A stretch of 64,000 bases of DNA from Candidatus Hydrogenedentota bacterium (GTDB lineage Bacteria > Hydrogenedentota > Hydrogenedentia > Hydrogenedentales > SLHB01). The position numbers and the translations under genes are program-made. Within the stretch, counting starts at the first letter, position 1; the number at the start of each line of letters is the position of its first letter. Shown in pieces: positions 38,994-49,945 of this stretch. Location of the stretch: positions 16,023 to 80,022 of the forward strand of contig CAVUWV010000026.1 of assembly GCA_963745075.1 (NCBI GenBank), written 5' to 3'. The notes beneath the pieces are model-generated. The model saw nothing but the letters and a program-made list of their open reading frames with translations, searched no databases and was not told where the DNA came from.

Positions 38994-41471
38994 TCAATGC
39001 TCCAGCAGCGTCACTTCGCGCACTGACTTTGTTTCCGGATCGACGCGAAACGTCTTCACTTCGAAGGCCGAGAGGCATACCGCACGTCGCACTTCCAGCG
39101 CCGGTATTGTCACTTCCGTGCTCCTTGCCGTGCCCGTGGGCTCGAACAAGCGGAACACGTAACCTTCTCCATCCTCGGCGCGTTTGAAGGCCACCAACTG
39201 AACGACGTCGTCGCTCAACGAAACACCGGGCAACGGTTTCGTCCCCGCTCCCGACGGGCAGAAAGACAGGGCAAACGGCGTCTCATTGTGGATCACGGCT
39301 TCGCGGTCGACTCGCTCCAACCGTTCGGAACGCGACCCTGCGTTGATCCAAAACCGGAAAACCCGTTCCCCCTGATCGATGCGCGGCGTGTAGCGATCCT
39401 GCGGTACGATAGTCCGTTCCCCGATGGGATGACCCGAATAGGCCGCGGACCGCAACAGGCTTAGCCGCAATTCCCCGTCCGCGAAATCGGAACCGTACGT
39501 ACCGGCGTTGATACACGTCAAGGCTTTGCCGGCAGATTCCGACTGCACGGCGAGCCACTGATGTGCCACGTTCTCGCGTCCCGTGCTGGGAAAGTTCTGC
39601 ACCCCGAAGGCGACCTGCCCCGAACATGCGCCATCGTCAAACGCCGTGGGGATGGACAACTTGAGCATGGTGTTCTTCTCATTCCAATGAACGCGAACAA
39701 CGATCTCGATTTCCGTGCCCTGTTTCGGAAATTTGTAATGGACGACAGCGAAGGAGTGATGATACCGGAACAACGCTTCCACCACGGTCCGGACGTTGCC
39801 GTCCTCGATGACGCGGACGGAATCCGGACGCCCCTGGGTGATACCGGAGACGCGCGCGCCTTCCTGGGGCGACATCAGCGTGAAACTGCCGATGACTTCG
39901 CGGAAGCTCTGCGCGCGGGTTTCCCAGGGATCCTCGTTGTCGGCAAGTACCAGCAGATTGAACGATTCGGGCTTGACGAACTCGAATCCATCCACGACCA
40001 ACCAGTCGATTAATCCGGTTCGGCAATTAACTGTCGCTTCCAACCGATCCGTTTGTATGTCAAAACATGCGTCTACCGGCTTCAGGTCCGGAGTGGGACG
40101 GGCCGGAAGCACTTCCAGCGTGCAGTCGAAGCGATTCATTTGAGATGGCGCCAAGTCGGCAACGAAGACCGCATGTTTCCGCCAGTCCAGATTCAGGTTG
40201 CTCAGTTCCTGCTCGTTTTGGCACGGAACCGGATTGCCGTCTTTGTGGACTACGGGGATTGTGAATTGGTCGCCCCAGTTGGCGTCGGGCAACTGGAACT
40301 CGCATTCCACGATGGTGCGTACCGGGAAGGGATGCGGGTTGTAGACGAGAATGGGGATTTGTCCCTCCGCCGGTTTCGGTTGTCCTTGTGCCGACGCGAA
40401 AAACGCGCGCGCACGGATGCGCGATAGGAACTCCAGCCCATGATCCAGCAACCGAAGGCATGCGTCCTCCACGGGTTGGATGGAGGAACCCGGAAGAATG
40501 TCGTGAAACTCGGAGAACAGCAGGTCTCGGACGACCTCGTTCAATTCCGACTGAGGGTATTCCATAAGTCCTTGCAGCGCCGCGTTTGCGACCATCTTCT
40601 CGACGGCAAAGAGCGCATTCTCGAGCTGCCGGTGTCGCTGTTTGATGCGAACTTGCGACGTGTAGCATCCCGGCGCCCAGGAATTAATGTCGTCAGCGTG
40701 TTGGGGAACTTCGGAGCCGGACGCACGCAATTCGTCGAAGTAGTTCTCCGGTGACGAATGTAGAATCTTCCTTTCGTCACTCTCCGCCATCAACTCAGCG
40801 AGGCAATTCAAATCGACGCGGGACGGACCGCCCCCGTGGTTTCCCACACCCCAGAGCACCAGTCCCACCGCGTGATCCGGATGGTTGGTGATCCATTTCT
40901 CGACCTTCTCCCGGGCTTTCCCCAAGGGCTGATTGTAGAAATCCGACGCACGGTGAGCCGTAACCTCCGAGCCGTCGAACCCGACCCACGTAAAGTCGTC
41001 GGACGGAAGCGGGCAGTCATCCTGAAAAGGCCGGCAGAACAGGTAGGAATCATATCCGGATTTACGAAGGATCTGGACCAAGCCGCGATTGTGGCCGAAA
41101 GGGTCGAAGTTGATGGCGGTCCGCGGCGCCGCGCCGAATTTCTCTTGAAAGTAACGGCGACCCGCCAAGACTTGGCGGACGAACGATTCTCCGCTCGGCA
41201 TGTTACAGTCGGGCTGGAGGTACCAGCCGCCCATGATGTGCCATTGGCCGTCCGCGACGAGGCGCTGGATCCGCTCGAACAACGCGGGTTCGTACTCCTC
41301 CACCCAACGGTAGAGGATGACCTCGTTGTGATTGAACACGAAACCGTCGAATTCTTCACAGAAGTCCGCGGCGGCACGGAAGGTGGAAATCGCTTCGGCA
41401 GCGCCTTCCTCCCACTCCCATAACCAGACCGGATCGAGGTGGGCATTGCAGATCAAATGTATCGTTTTCAA
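38994..41471 (-). CDS. Alpha-mannosidase (GH38)
   Basis: NAHLDPVWLW, PDCNMPSGES, DPFGH, GVGNHGGGP, FHDILPGS. Confidence 0.93.
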   Translation of the reverse strand: MKTIHLICNAHLDPVWLWEWEEGAAEAISTFRAAADFCEEFDGFVFNHNEVILYRWVEEYEPALFERIQRLVADGQWHIMGGWYLQPDCNMPSGESFVRQVLAGRRYFQEKFGAAPRTAINFDPFGHNRGLVQILRKSGYDSYLFCRPFQDDCPLPSDDFTWVGFDGSEVTAHRASDFYNQPLGKAREKVEKWITNHPDHAVGLVLWGVGNHGGGPSRVDLNCLAELMAESDERKILHSSPENYFDELRASGSEVPQHADDINSWAPGCYTSQVRIKQRHRQLENALFAVEKMVANAALQGLMEYPQSELNEVVRDLLFSEFHDILPGSSIQPVEDACLRLLDHGLEFLSRIRARAFFASAQGQPKPAEGQIPILVYNPHPFPVRTIVECEFQLPDANWGDQFTIPVVHKDGNPVPCQNEQELSNLNLDWRKHAVFVADLAPSQMNRFDCTLEVLPARPTPDLKPVDACFDIQTDRLEATVNCRTGLIDWLVVDGFEFVKPESFNLLVLADNEDPWETRAQSFREVIGSFTLMSPQEGARVSGITQGRPDSVRVIEDGNVRTVVEALFRYHHSFAVVHYKFPKQGTEIEIVVRVHWNEKNTMLKLSIPTAFDDGACSGQVAFGVQNFPSTGRENVAHQWLAVQSESAGKALTCINAGTYGSDFADGELRLSLLRSAAYSGHPIGERTIVPQDRYTPRIDQGERVFRFWINAGSRSERLERVDREAVIHNETPFALSFCPSGAGTKPLPGVSLSDDVVQLVAFKRAEDGEGYVFRLFEPTGTARSTEVTIPALEVRRAVCLSAFEVKTFRVDPETKSVREVTLLEH

Positions 41472-41565
41472 AGGGATCTCCCAACGTTTCGTTTAGGGGA
41501 TTGATATGAAGACCGGCCCGCGCACGATGGCCTCAGGCGCCGCGCGGGCCGATACAACTCATTAC

Positions 41566-42897
41566 TTACGATTTCGCCCGTTCAACGACAGCTTTTCCTG
41601 CGTCGATGGCTTGGGCAACGATGGTCGGTCCCAACTGGTCGCCGTAGAACGAGACGCCGGGTTCGTAGCCGCCTTGCGTGTACTCTTCGGGAGGAAGAAT
41701 GTAACTGATCCATTCATTGCCGAGTCCGACGACGATGGGATGTTCGGCGCCGTCTTTCCGCAGGGCGTCTTTGACCTGCACGCCGAGGGAGGACGTCATC
41801 TCGCCCGGTATTGACACAGCGACGAGGCCGCCAACGCGCAACACGCCCAGATAGGAGGTCTCGGGAGAGAGGGTATTAACCAGCGTCGTGATGTTCTCCG
41901 GGGTCAGGCCGTACTCCGGGCCGGCGGAGTCCAACAGAGCCGCCGGGGCGACGCGTTCCGGAAGTTTCAGCGTGGTCATTGAATAATCGAGGGATACATC
42001 GGCTGCGGTCTCGATCGTGGGCACAAAGTCCAGCACCTGAATGGCAAGCTTCCGTCCATAGTCCTCCGCTTTGGCAAACTCGCTCGGGCCCTCGCCACCG
42101 GCCGGAGAGATATCGCCCTCCGCGCCGTTCGTGTACATGCACGTCACGCCGGGAAGAAACGCTTCGATTTCCCGCTGCAAATACCCTGGCCACCCCGACG
42201 AAACCTGCATGACTTTCTCGGACATGTACGTGGGGTGTGCGGTCCAGTTGATGAAGATGACGAAGGGCTTGCCATCCATCGTATCGAACCGGGTGACGGT
42301 CAGTTCATTGTCCACAACCGGATCGTGTCGCCGGTTGCGGTTCATGCCTTCCAGATGTTTGGAGGCCGTGCCCACGCGTACGGGTTGATAGGACTGGTCG
42401 GCATCCGTAATCGCCTGCGCGATTCGATCGACGGTGAAGGTGAGCAACGACTCGTCGAAGATTCCAATGGCCTTGTTCTGGAAAATGTTGGCGCGGTTCA
42501 TGGCATTCATCTCGGTAGACGCATGACAATGGCTTCCCGTGAGCATGAGCGTGTCGGACGTGATGCCCGTATCGGCGATTCGCGTCAGGACTTCATCCCG
42601 TAACGAACGGGGAATCCCGAGCAAATCCAACGTCACAAGGCAGTACTTCTTGTCACCCTGCTTGAGGATTAGTGCTTTGCAACGGGCATAGTCATGAATG
42701 CCCGTTGCGGGCGCATTTTGGCGTTCGCCATAACCGCCCAGGGGCACGTGATATTGATTGGTATCCGGCGTGATGTTGGAGGTTGCCACGCCTGCCAGTA
42801 GTGGCTCGGCGCCCAGTGCCAACGGTGCCGGTGCCATGCCGATCACTACACACAATCCAACCATTACCATGAAATGACGTATGCAATTGTTAACCAT
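41566..42897 (-). CDS. Neutral/alkaline ceramidase-like exported hydrolase
   Basis: LGGYG.R, GIHD, GSHCHA, NWTAHPT, NGAEGDISP, IPGE. Confidence 0.8.
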   Translation of the reverse strand: MVNNCIRHFMVMVGLCVVIGMAPAPLALGAEPLLAGVATSNITPDTNQYHVPLGGYGERQNAPATGIHDYARCKALILKQGDKKYCLVTLDLLGIPRSLRDEVLTRIADTGITSDTLMLTGSHCHASTEMNAMNRANIFQNKAIGIFDESLLTFTVDRIAQAITDADQSYQPVRVGTASKHLEGMNRNRRHDPVVDNELTVTRFDTMDGKPFVIFINWTAHPTYMSEKVMQVSSGWPGYLQREIEAFLPGVTCMYTNGAEGDISPAGGEGPSEFAKAEDYGRKLAIQVLDFVPTIETAADVSLDYSMTTLKLPERVAPAALLDSAGPEYGLTPENITTLVNTLSPETSYLGVLRVGGLVAVSIPGEMTSSLGVQVKDALRKDGAEHPIVVGLGNEWISYILPPEEYTQGGYEPGVSFYGDQLGPTIVAQAIDAGKAVVERAKS

Positions 42898-42984
42898 TCC
42901 CCTGTGAACCCTTTCTGTTTCGGCGTTGCCTGGCAGGCGAAAACCTCGTAGGACAGGCTCCGGCGGTTCGAGCGCCGCATGGGC

Positions 42985-43923
42985 TTAGCCACCCCCCGCC
43001 TTCTCCCCTTTCGTGGCAAGATACTCGTTCAAAGGCTTCTCGAAATCCTTGCGCATTTCCTCCGGGGCGAGTTGAATCGCTTTCTTCTGCTGTTCGATGG
43101 CGCCGTCGACATCTCCGGTCAGGAAGAGTGCGCGCGCATACGTATCCCGGACGGAGGGGTTCTTTCCTTTGCTGGCGGTCATCGCTGCTTTGGCGATTTT
43201 CAACGCGAGGGTTGGGTTGCGGACGTCCTTGTTGGTGTGCGTAAGCAAAGTCCAACCAACCGCGTTCATTAGATCGGCGCTTGCGCTATGCTCCTTCAAC
43301 ATCTTCTCCGCCAACGCATTTGCCTTCTCGGAATCGCCACGCTGGCAGTAGCCCATGAATTCGGAGAACAACTTTTCACGGACGGCCATCAGCTCCATCT
43401 CGCGTTGCGCGGCGGCGATGTCGTACGTCCCGGCAAGAATATCATCCAAGGCAACGTCGAGACCGGCCATGGGATGTCCCAACCAAGCGACTTGGCCTTT
43501 CTTGTTAACAATGAACGCAGTTGGAATACCATTCTGTCCATAGCGGCCCATGTAAGCCGCAGACGTTTTGCCTGCATCATCAACAGCTACGGTATAGTCC
43601 ATTTTGTCGCCCATCTGATCTACGAAAGGTTTCACCGTAGCGGCGTCTTCCTTGCTCACGCCGACAAACACGACGTTCTTGTCCCGGTATTGTTTCTGCA
43701 AATTCGTTAAATGGGGAATGCTCTTCCGGCACGGTCCGCACCACGTCGCCCAAAACTCCACCACGTAGGTCGTCTCACCCGGAGCAATCGTCACGGGATC
43801 GCCTTTCACCCACGTCGCGATATCCAGTGGGGCTGCCGCGTCACCCAGCTTGGCGTCTCCGTCTGCAGTCGCATAACCGGTAACACACAGCACAACGCTA
43901 AGGATCCGTACCACAAGGTTCAT
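42985..43923 (-). CDS. Exported TlpA-like redoxin with C-terminal TPR-like region
   Basis: VVEFWATWCGPCRKSIPHL, GIPTAFIV; DTYARALF..AIEQQKKAIQL. Confidence 0.88.
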   Translation of the reverse strand: MNLVVRILSVVLCVTGYATADGDAKLGDAAAPLDIATWVKGDPVTIAPGETTYVVEFWATWCGPCRKSIPHLTNLQKQYRDKNVVFVGVSKEDAATVKPFVDQMGDKMDYTVAVDDAGKTSAAYMGRYGQNGIPTAFIVNKKGQVAWLGHPMAGLDVALDDILAGTYDIAAAQREMELMAVREKLFSEFMGYCQRGDSEKANALAEKMLKEHSASADLMNAVGWTLLTHTNKDVRNPTLALKIAKAAMTASKGKNPSVRDTYARALFLTGDVDGAIEQQKKAIQLAPEEMRKDFEKPLNEYLATKGEKAGGG

Positions 43924-44506
43924 CTTTCGTGCTCCTCGTTGATGACGGCAGCGTCAGCCGTCCTGCACAAGACCCGCAAAGCGTTGCGGATTCGCCTACG
44001 CCAATTACAGGTCTTAACCATCCTTGCCACCTCGCGCTAAAGATTATGCCAACGAACGGGATCTTTCAACTTCGATAATGCCGAATTGGCGCCAGCGTTC
44101 ACCCATTCATGAATGATCGAATTCCGGTGAAACCCTGTTGGGTCACAGCACCCCGATGCGGTTCGGCCAAATGCCCGATCCCGTACCGTCCTCTGTATGT
44201 TCTTACGGCTCAACCGGTAGCCATGGCGCTACGACCGGTCTGTTTGCGTGAATCCCGTAACGATGGTATAGATCGGAAGAGGTTAATCCGTATCGAATCT
44301 TAGCCAACGCAAGAAAGGGAGCACACATGTCTGCGCTGATAATTTTGGTTATTTGGTCAATCCTGGGTTATCTGCTTTTCGGCGGAATGACGCCTTTCTG
44401 ATGATCCCAACTTGAGAGCGGAGGCGATTTCCGTTAGGCCAACCCGGTTCACACAGGTTGGGATCGTGTTGAACAACTCGCGCAGCAAACAGCAAGAGAC
44501 TGGTTG

Positions 44507-47296
44507 CTACTGTCCATATCCCAATGCGTTGAGATTCTCGCGGTCTTCCTCGGTCAGTTCGGGGACAGAGGTGCGCTTGTGGGCCGGCGATTCGTACCAA
44601 ATGGCGATGGTCGGCTGCTCCGAATCCATCGTAGGAATCGGATCGGGCTGTGGGAAACTCCGCGCCGTGTGATCGAGGACCATGCGCAGGTCCTTGGTTT
44701 CAATCGGGGCATCTTGGCCCAAATACACGAGGATTGGAACATTGCTGTCGGGAGCACTCTTTATATCCAGCGATAGAGATGACTCACTGTTCGCCGTGCG
44801 CAAAACGAGTTCGTCTTCCGTTGTGAACTGATCCCAAAGCAGTTCGACACGGTGGGGAGTTCGATTGATGTTGTGGGTAAAGTCTCGCCGGTCGCCTTGC
44901 GCTAACGGGCTGGAAACAATGGTGTCCTCGGTATTGACCGCGATCGTTGCGGAGACTGGAGTTCGGTTGTACGACAAGGAAAAGTGCCACCCATCCGGCC
45001 TTTCCGCAAAAAAGTCTTTGCGCTTCTGCTCCAACGTTGCCATTTCGGGAGGGGGCGTTTGGTGTAGATCCACGAGTTCCTCGGGATCTCGCTGCAAATC
45101 ATAAAACTGTGAAGTGGAGTGCCGGGGCAAATAAATGAGTTTGTATTGGGGTGTTCGGACCGCTTGCTGTGACATCCGCTGAATATAGGCGAATGAACGG
45201 CCGCCCTGGCCATCTCTGATGACCGGCAATAGACTTCTCCCATCGATCTGGCCCGCGTCTCTCGATGGGTCAATGACGTCCAACACGGTTGGAAAGATGT
45301 CGATGTTCTGAACCAATTCCGAAATCCGCGTTCCGCCATATTCGCCATTGGGGAATCTGATGAGAAGCGGCACCCGCGCGCACTCGTCAAACACTTGCGA
45401 ATGACCGTAAAGGCCATGCTCCGCAAACTCTTCACCATGGTCGGACGTCAGGATGATGAGGGATTGGTCGTAAAGGTTCAGTCGCTTTAACTCGTCAAAG
45501 AAGCGGGTAATTTCATAATCCACCATTCGAATACAGTCGTCGTAAAGGGCAATGCAATATGCCTTTTCTTCGTCGGAGATCGTGATCTCACCCCGATTCG
45601 CCGCGCTCATAAACTCTTCGGTAGGAGGAAAATCAGAATCGACCCGCTTGAATGAAGGCGGCGGATCGAACGCTTTCGCGAAGTGCAGGAAGGATGGGTT
45701 ACCCGGATCGTAGGGTGTCGTATAGCCCATGCTGGAAATCTTCTGGTGACAATCTCCATTGTGAAGGAATAGAAACAGGGAAGGCGTGGGATGCGCGCTC
45801 AGCCATTGGGACGCCCGAATATTGGTATCCGAGATTTTTCGCAGGGGGACGGTTGGCACGTCGTAGAGGTCAAAGCCTTGCGCAAATCCCCAACTGGGCG
45901 CCAGCCAGTACTGGAATCCGGTGAATCCGGCGGCGAGATAGCCCTCTTCACGCGCCACGTCCGCCAGTGTCACAATCGATTCGGCGAGAACGGAATCGGC
46001 CGTTGCCCCGTGTGTTTTCGGATACAGCCCCGATAACATGGATGCATGGGAAGGCATCGTCCAGGTCTCAGGAACGATGGCGTTCTCGAACAGCACGGCC
46101 TCCTGTGCCGCCCAGGCATCGAGGTTTGGCGTCGTCTCTCGTTTGTAGCCGTAGCACGAAAGGTGATCCGCGCGTAAGGTGTCACACGAAATGAGAATGA
46201 CGGGAATGGCCTTCTCAGGTGCATCGCCATAGACGATAGGATCGCCCCAGTAGAAGTAATCATGGTGCTTCGTATTGAGATGATCGACTTCCAGTGTGAA
46301 CGTGACTTGCTGACCTGCGAAGGCATTGAGGTCGATCTTCTTTCCCGCCCACGAATTTCCCCGAGCGTAAAGTCCGGGGTAAACCTTTTCGTTCAACAGT
46401 TCCATCTCGGGACTCTGAGGTGCCTTCATGCGCACAATCATTCGCCCCCTGCCCACTCGGTCCCCCACTCCGAGCGCAACCTCGAACGTGCCCCCAGGCG
46501 GCACCGTCACGGTCCACGGCGGTTGCGTCCCGAACACAACTTCTCGAGTTTCCTCTCCTACCGTCAAGCGTTCGGGGCCTTCGGGAGGGACGTAGACCAA
46601 CTGCATCCCGGCAATTTCTACGTCCGTCGGCACGTCCGACGGTGTGAGAACAATTCTCGTCAGGATACCGTGCCAATACCCTGGCGCCGCCGACTGAAGG
46701 GCGATGCGGTATTCATGGAACTCGCCATCGGGAAACAGCGAAAACGCCACGGTAGAGCCCACTATGTCGTCGCCGCTCAAGTCCGTGAACCACGTCACGT
46801 TCCCCGTTTCGCCGGCCCCGGTCCGCATTTTCAGAACCAACGTGTTGTAGCGATCCGTGGACTCGTCGAGGGGGATCGTAATCGCGGACGGTTCCGTTAC
46901 CTGGCTGACATGTAGACCCTTCGAGTCGGTCGTAACACCCACGTCACTGGGCAATACCGACACCGATTCGAGATCGAGTGATAGCGGGTCAACGTGGACT
47001 TGTCGTATGCGCTTCCAACGTTCCTCCACGAGACGGGCCGGGCGGCTCGAAGGCTCTGTAACATACGGCTCTTGCCGTTCTTGCGCAACAGCGGCGGATT
47101 CGTCCGAAGATTGCCGAGGCGTTGCCGATGGCGTACAACCCTGGGGGAGCAGCGCGCCCAGAAAAGCAATCAGTGAAAACCCGAGACTCCAGGACATGCG
47201 AATGCCCAAGCCCTGACGCACTGCCAGCACCGCGCCTCCCTGCGATACCTGCTTCAAGAGCGCCGGATCGGGAACACGTAACCGCGGACGCTTCAT
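44507..47296 (-). CDS. Sulfatase-like (alkaline phosphatase superfamily) protein; start uncertain
   Basis: ILISCDTLRADHL, WTMPSHASMLSG, TSDHGEEF..HG; possible lipobox LLPQGC. Confidence 0.88.
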   Translation of the reverse strand: MKRPRLRVPDPALLKQVSQGGAVLAVRQGLGIRMSWSLGFSLIAFLGALLPQGCTPSATPRQSSDESAAVAQERQEPYVTEPSSRPARLVEERWKRIRQVHVDPLSLDLESVSVLPSDVGVTTDSKGLHVSQVTEPSAITIPLDESTDRYNTLVLKMRTGAGETGNVTWFTDLSGDDIVGSTVAFSLFPDGEFHEYRIALQSAAPGYWHGILTRIVLTPSDVPTDVEIAGMQLVYVPPEGPERLTVGEETREVVFGTQPPWTVTVPPGGTFEVALGVGDRVGRGRMIVRMKAPQSPEMELLNEKVYPGLYARGNSWAGKKIDLNAFAGQQVTFTLEVDHLNTKHHDYFYWGDPIVYGDAPEKAIPVILISCDTLRADHLSCYGYKRETTPNLDAWAAQEAVLFENAIVPETWTMPSHASMLSGLYPKTHGATADSVLAESIVTLADVAREEGYLAAGFTGFQYWLAPSWGFAQGFDLYDVPTVPLRKISDTNIRASQWLSAHPTPSLFLFLHNGDCHQKISSMGYTTPYDPGNPSFLHFAKAFDPPPSFKRVDSDFPPTEEFMSAANRGEITISDEEKAYCIALYDDCIRMVDYEITRFFDELKRLNLYDQSLIILTSDHGEEFAEHGLYGHSQVFDECARVPLLIRFPNGEYGGTRISELVQNIDIFPTVLDVIDPSRDAGQIDGRSLLPVIRDGQGGRSFAYIQRMSQQAVRTPQYKLIYLPRHSTSQFYDLQRDPEELVDLHQTPPPEMATLEQKRKDFFAERPDGWHFSLSYNRTPVSATIAVNTEDTIVSSPLAQGDRRDFTHNINRTPHRVELLWDQFTTEDELVLRTANSESSLSLDIKSAPDSNVPILVYLGQDAPIETKDLRMVLDHTARSFPQPDPIPTMDSEQPTIAIWYESPAHKRTSVPELTEEDRENLNALGYGQ

Positions 47297-47576
47297 CGAT
47301 ATCCTGCCAACTACCGGGACCATTGGTTTACGCACTTGCATCAAAAGAACCAAGGTGTATGCAGCCAGAAACTTACTAAAACTAAGAATAGCATCTTGAC
47401 GCCTCCATATGCCAGAGAAGAAAACGCCGAGGCGGAGCGATCGACCCCGCGTTGCGCGGTTGCGGAAAGAAGCAAACACGCATTGCCACCGTTGGCGACG
47501 TTTTTGGTATCCTGCGATCAAATAACCAATACGACCACGCATTCGTTCTCCGCGAACGTCGAAGGAGATTCTCAGC

Positions 47577-48971
47577 ATGAACGATCGGAGTATTACGCGT
47601 CGCACATTTGTTTTTGGGAGCGCACTCGCGGCGGGCGGATTGCTTTCGGTACGCGCGGGCGCACGCGCCGTATCGCCGAATGAGAAGCTCAATACGGCCC
47701 ACGTCGGCGTCGGGGGCAAGGGACGCGGCCATCTGAAATTCTGCTTGAACTACGAAAACGTGGTTGCCCTCTGCGACGTCGACGACAAGGCATCCGCCGA
47801 AGCCTATGGTTGGTGTCCGGATGTACCGAAGTACCGCGACTGGCGCGAAATGCTGGAGAAACAGAAAGACATCGACGCGGTCGTCGTCACAACGCCCGAT
47901 CACACGCACGCGATCATCGCGATGGCCGCCATGGAACTCGGCAAACATGTCTATGTCGAGAAACCCATGGGCCACACGGTCGATGAGGTGCGGCGCATGA
48001 CCGAAGCCGCGCGGCGCTATGGCGTGGCCACCCAGATGGGGAACCAGGGTCACTCCAGCGAGGGTGTCCGGCAGACCTGCGAGATAATTTGGAGCGGCGC
48101 CATCGGGCCGGTCCGCGAAGTGCACTGTTGGACCGACCGGCCGATCTGGCCCGTCGGATACGCGGAACCCTTGCCCGAGAAGCCGGTACCCAAAGGGGTC
48201 GACTGGGATCGCTGGTTGGGCCCGATTCCGGCGCGGCCTTTCGGCGGGTATTCGACGCAGTATAACCGTGACGGCTCGACACCCGGTTACATGCCCGACG
48301 TATGGCGCGGGTGGTGGGTCTTTGGCAGCGGCGCTTTGGGCGACATGGGATGCCACATCATGGATCCGCCCAATTGGGCATTGCACCTTGGACCGCCGTC
48401 CGCGGTAACGTGCGTGCAACAGGATGGCAAGACCTCCGAGTGCGAACCGGCCAAAGCCATCATTGAATACGAATTTCCGGAGCGCAGCGTTGAAGGAAAA
48501 TCACTGCCACCCGTGAAACTCACCTGGTACGAAGGTAAGCTCCGTCCGCCAAAACCCGCCATGTTGGCGGAAGACGACCCGACACCGGTCGGCAGCAACG
48601 GAACAATGTTCGTCGGAGAAACAGGTGTTTTGACCTGCGATTCCCACGGCAATTCCGCGCGACTGCATCCCGACAGCCGTATGGCGAACTACACCACCAT
48701 GCCCGAGCCAACCATCGAGCGCGTGCCGTGGAAAGACGACCGGTACGACGAAGCCCATCGCGCCAACTGGGTACAAGCCTGCAAAGGCGGAAAACCGGCG
48801 GTGTCTAACTTCGATTACGCGGGGCCCCTCACCGAGACCGTCCAACTCGGGAACGTCGCCCTGCGCGCCGGCGGCCGTATCGCGTGGAATAGCGCTACCG
48901 GCAAGATTACCAACAACCCCAAGGCCGATGCCCTGATCCGGATCGCCTATCGCAAGGGTTGGGAATTCTAG
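47577..48971 (+). CDS. Tat-exported Gfo/Idh/MocA oxidoreductase
   Basis: TRRTF signal; GVGGKG, TPDHTH, HVYVEKP, GALGDMGCH. Confidence 0.92.
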   Translation: MNDRSITRRTFVFGSALAAGGLLSVRAGARAVSPNEKLNTAHVGVGGKGRGHLKFCLNYENVVALCDVDDKASAEAYGWCPDVPKYRDWREMLEKQKDIDAVVVTTPDHTHAIIAMAAMELGKHVYVEKPMGHTVDEVRRMTEAARRYGVATQMGNQGHSSEGVRQTCEIIWSGAIGPVREVHCWTDRPIWPVGYAEPLPEKPVPKGVDWDRWLGPIPARPFGGYSTQYNRDGSTPGYMPDVWRGWWVFGSGALGDMGCHIMDPPNWALHLGPPSAVTCVQQDGKTSECEPAKAIIEYEFPERSVEGKSLPPVKLTWYEGKLRPPKPAMLAEDDPTPVGSNGTMFVGETGVLTCDSHGNSARLHPDSRMANYTTMPEPTIERVPWKDDRYDEAHRANWVQACKGGKPAVSNFDYAGPLTETVQLGNVALRAGGRIAWNSATGKITNNPKADALIRIAYRKGWEF

Positions 48972-49129
48972 AGCCGTTTACGATCTCTCGCGACCGTCGC
49001 TGGCTTCCCGATTGTCCCGGGCCAACATGCCCGGAAGTCCGGGCGGATCAGCAATTCTGCCAATCGTGGGCACTGACGGACCTCCTCAGACGCGGGTCCC
49101 AGAGCGCAACCTCGGGCCGAGCGCGTTTG

Positions 49130-49933
49130 TCAGTACTGCGCCAGCGTACCGTCACGTTTGGCTTTATTGACAGCCATATCGAACAGTTTCAGGCTTCCTG
49201 GCAGTAGGACCAGGGCCATGCCCCCGAGCAAAAGCAGCTGCGGTGCCACACCACTTATCGTAAAATCCTGAAGCATGGTCAGCCGCAGCGCATCCAGCGC
49301 ATACATCGCCGGAATTATATGCGCCACGTTTTGCAGCCAGTGCGGCATGACTTCTACCGGAAAGTACGCTCCGCCCAGGATCATACTCGCCGATGTAAGG
49401 ACCCAGCCCACCGGGTCGCCCTTCTTCAGAACGACGATGCATGCCGCGGAGACAATGCCAAAGCTAATGAAAACGAGCAAAGCAAGGGCGAACACGACCA
49501 ACGACGCAATTACATTGACATGAGAAAAGTCCACGCCAAAAACCACCGCGCCACAGACAAGAATAATGGCAAGCTGCAAGAACGAGGCGAGCAATGCATA
49601 CATGGTCGACATGAGAATACATGCCTGCGGCGACGTCTGAGTGCTGAGCATGGCTTCGAGACATCCCGTGACCTGCGCGCGTTGAATCGAGTTGGAGTAT
49701 GTGTTTAACGCCACTTGGAAGTACCGGGAAAAGGCCAATCCGATCAACACAAAGGAGAAATAATCACCACCGTATTTGGCAAGGCTCTCCTGAGACGAAT
49801 CGACAATGCGGCTCACAAAATAGAACATGACCAGGGGCAACAACGCGCCGATCGCACTGAGCAAATACGCCATTTTGTAACTCGACTCGGTCTGAAAGTC
49901 GCGTTTAATGAACGTCCACGTCTTGTACAGCAC
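49130..49933 (-). CDS. ABC-2 type exporter permease (RiPP cluster)
   Basis: About six TM segments; GGAYFPVEVMPHWLQ; C-terminal KRDGTLAQY. Confidence 0.88.
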   Translation of the reverse strand: MLYKTWTFIKRDFQTESSYKMAYLLSAIGALLPLVMFYFVSRIVDSSQESLAKYGGDYFSFVLIGLAFSRYFQVALNTYSNSIQRAQVTGCLEAMLSTQTSPQACILMSTMYALLASFLQLAIILVCGAVVFGVDFSHVNVIASLVVFALALLVFISFGIVSAACIVVLKKGDPVGWVLTSASMILGGAYFPVEVMPHWLQNVAHIIPAMYALDALRLTMLQDFTISGVAPQLLLLGGMALVLLPGSLKLFDMAVNKAKRDGTLAQY

Positions 49934-49945
49934 GGCCGCTCCTCG

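Noticed and set aside
47297..47719. N-terminal extension of the 1070-aa sulfatase ORF
   Set aside because: It overlaps the divergent oxidoreductase; the true start is downstream.
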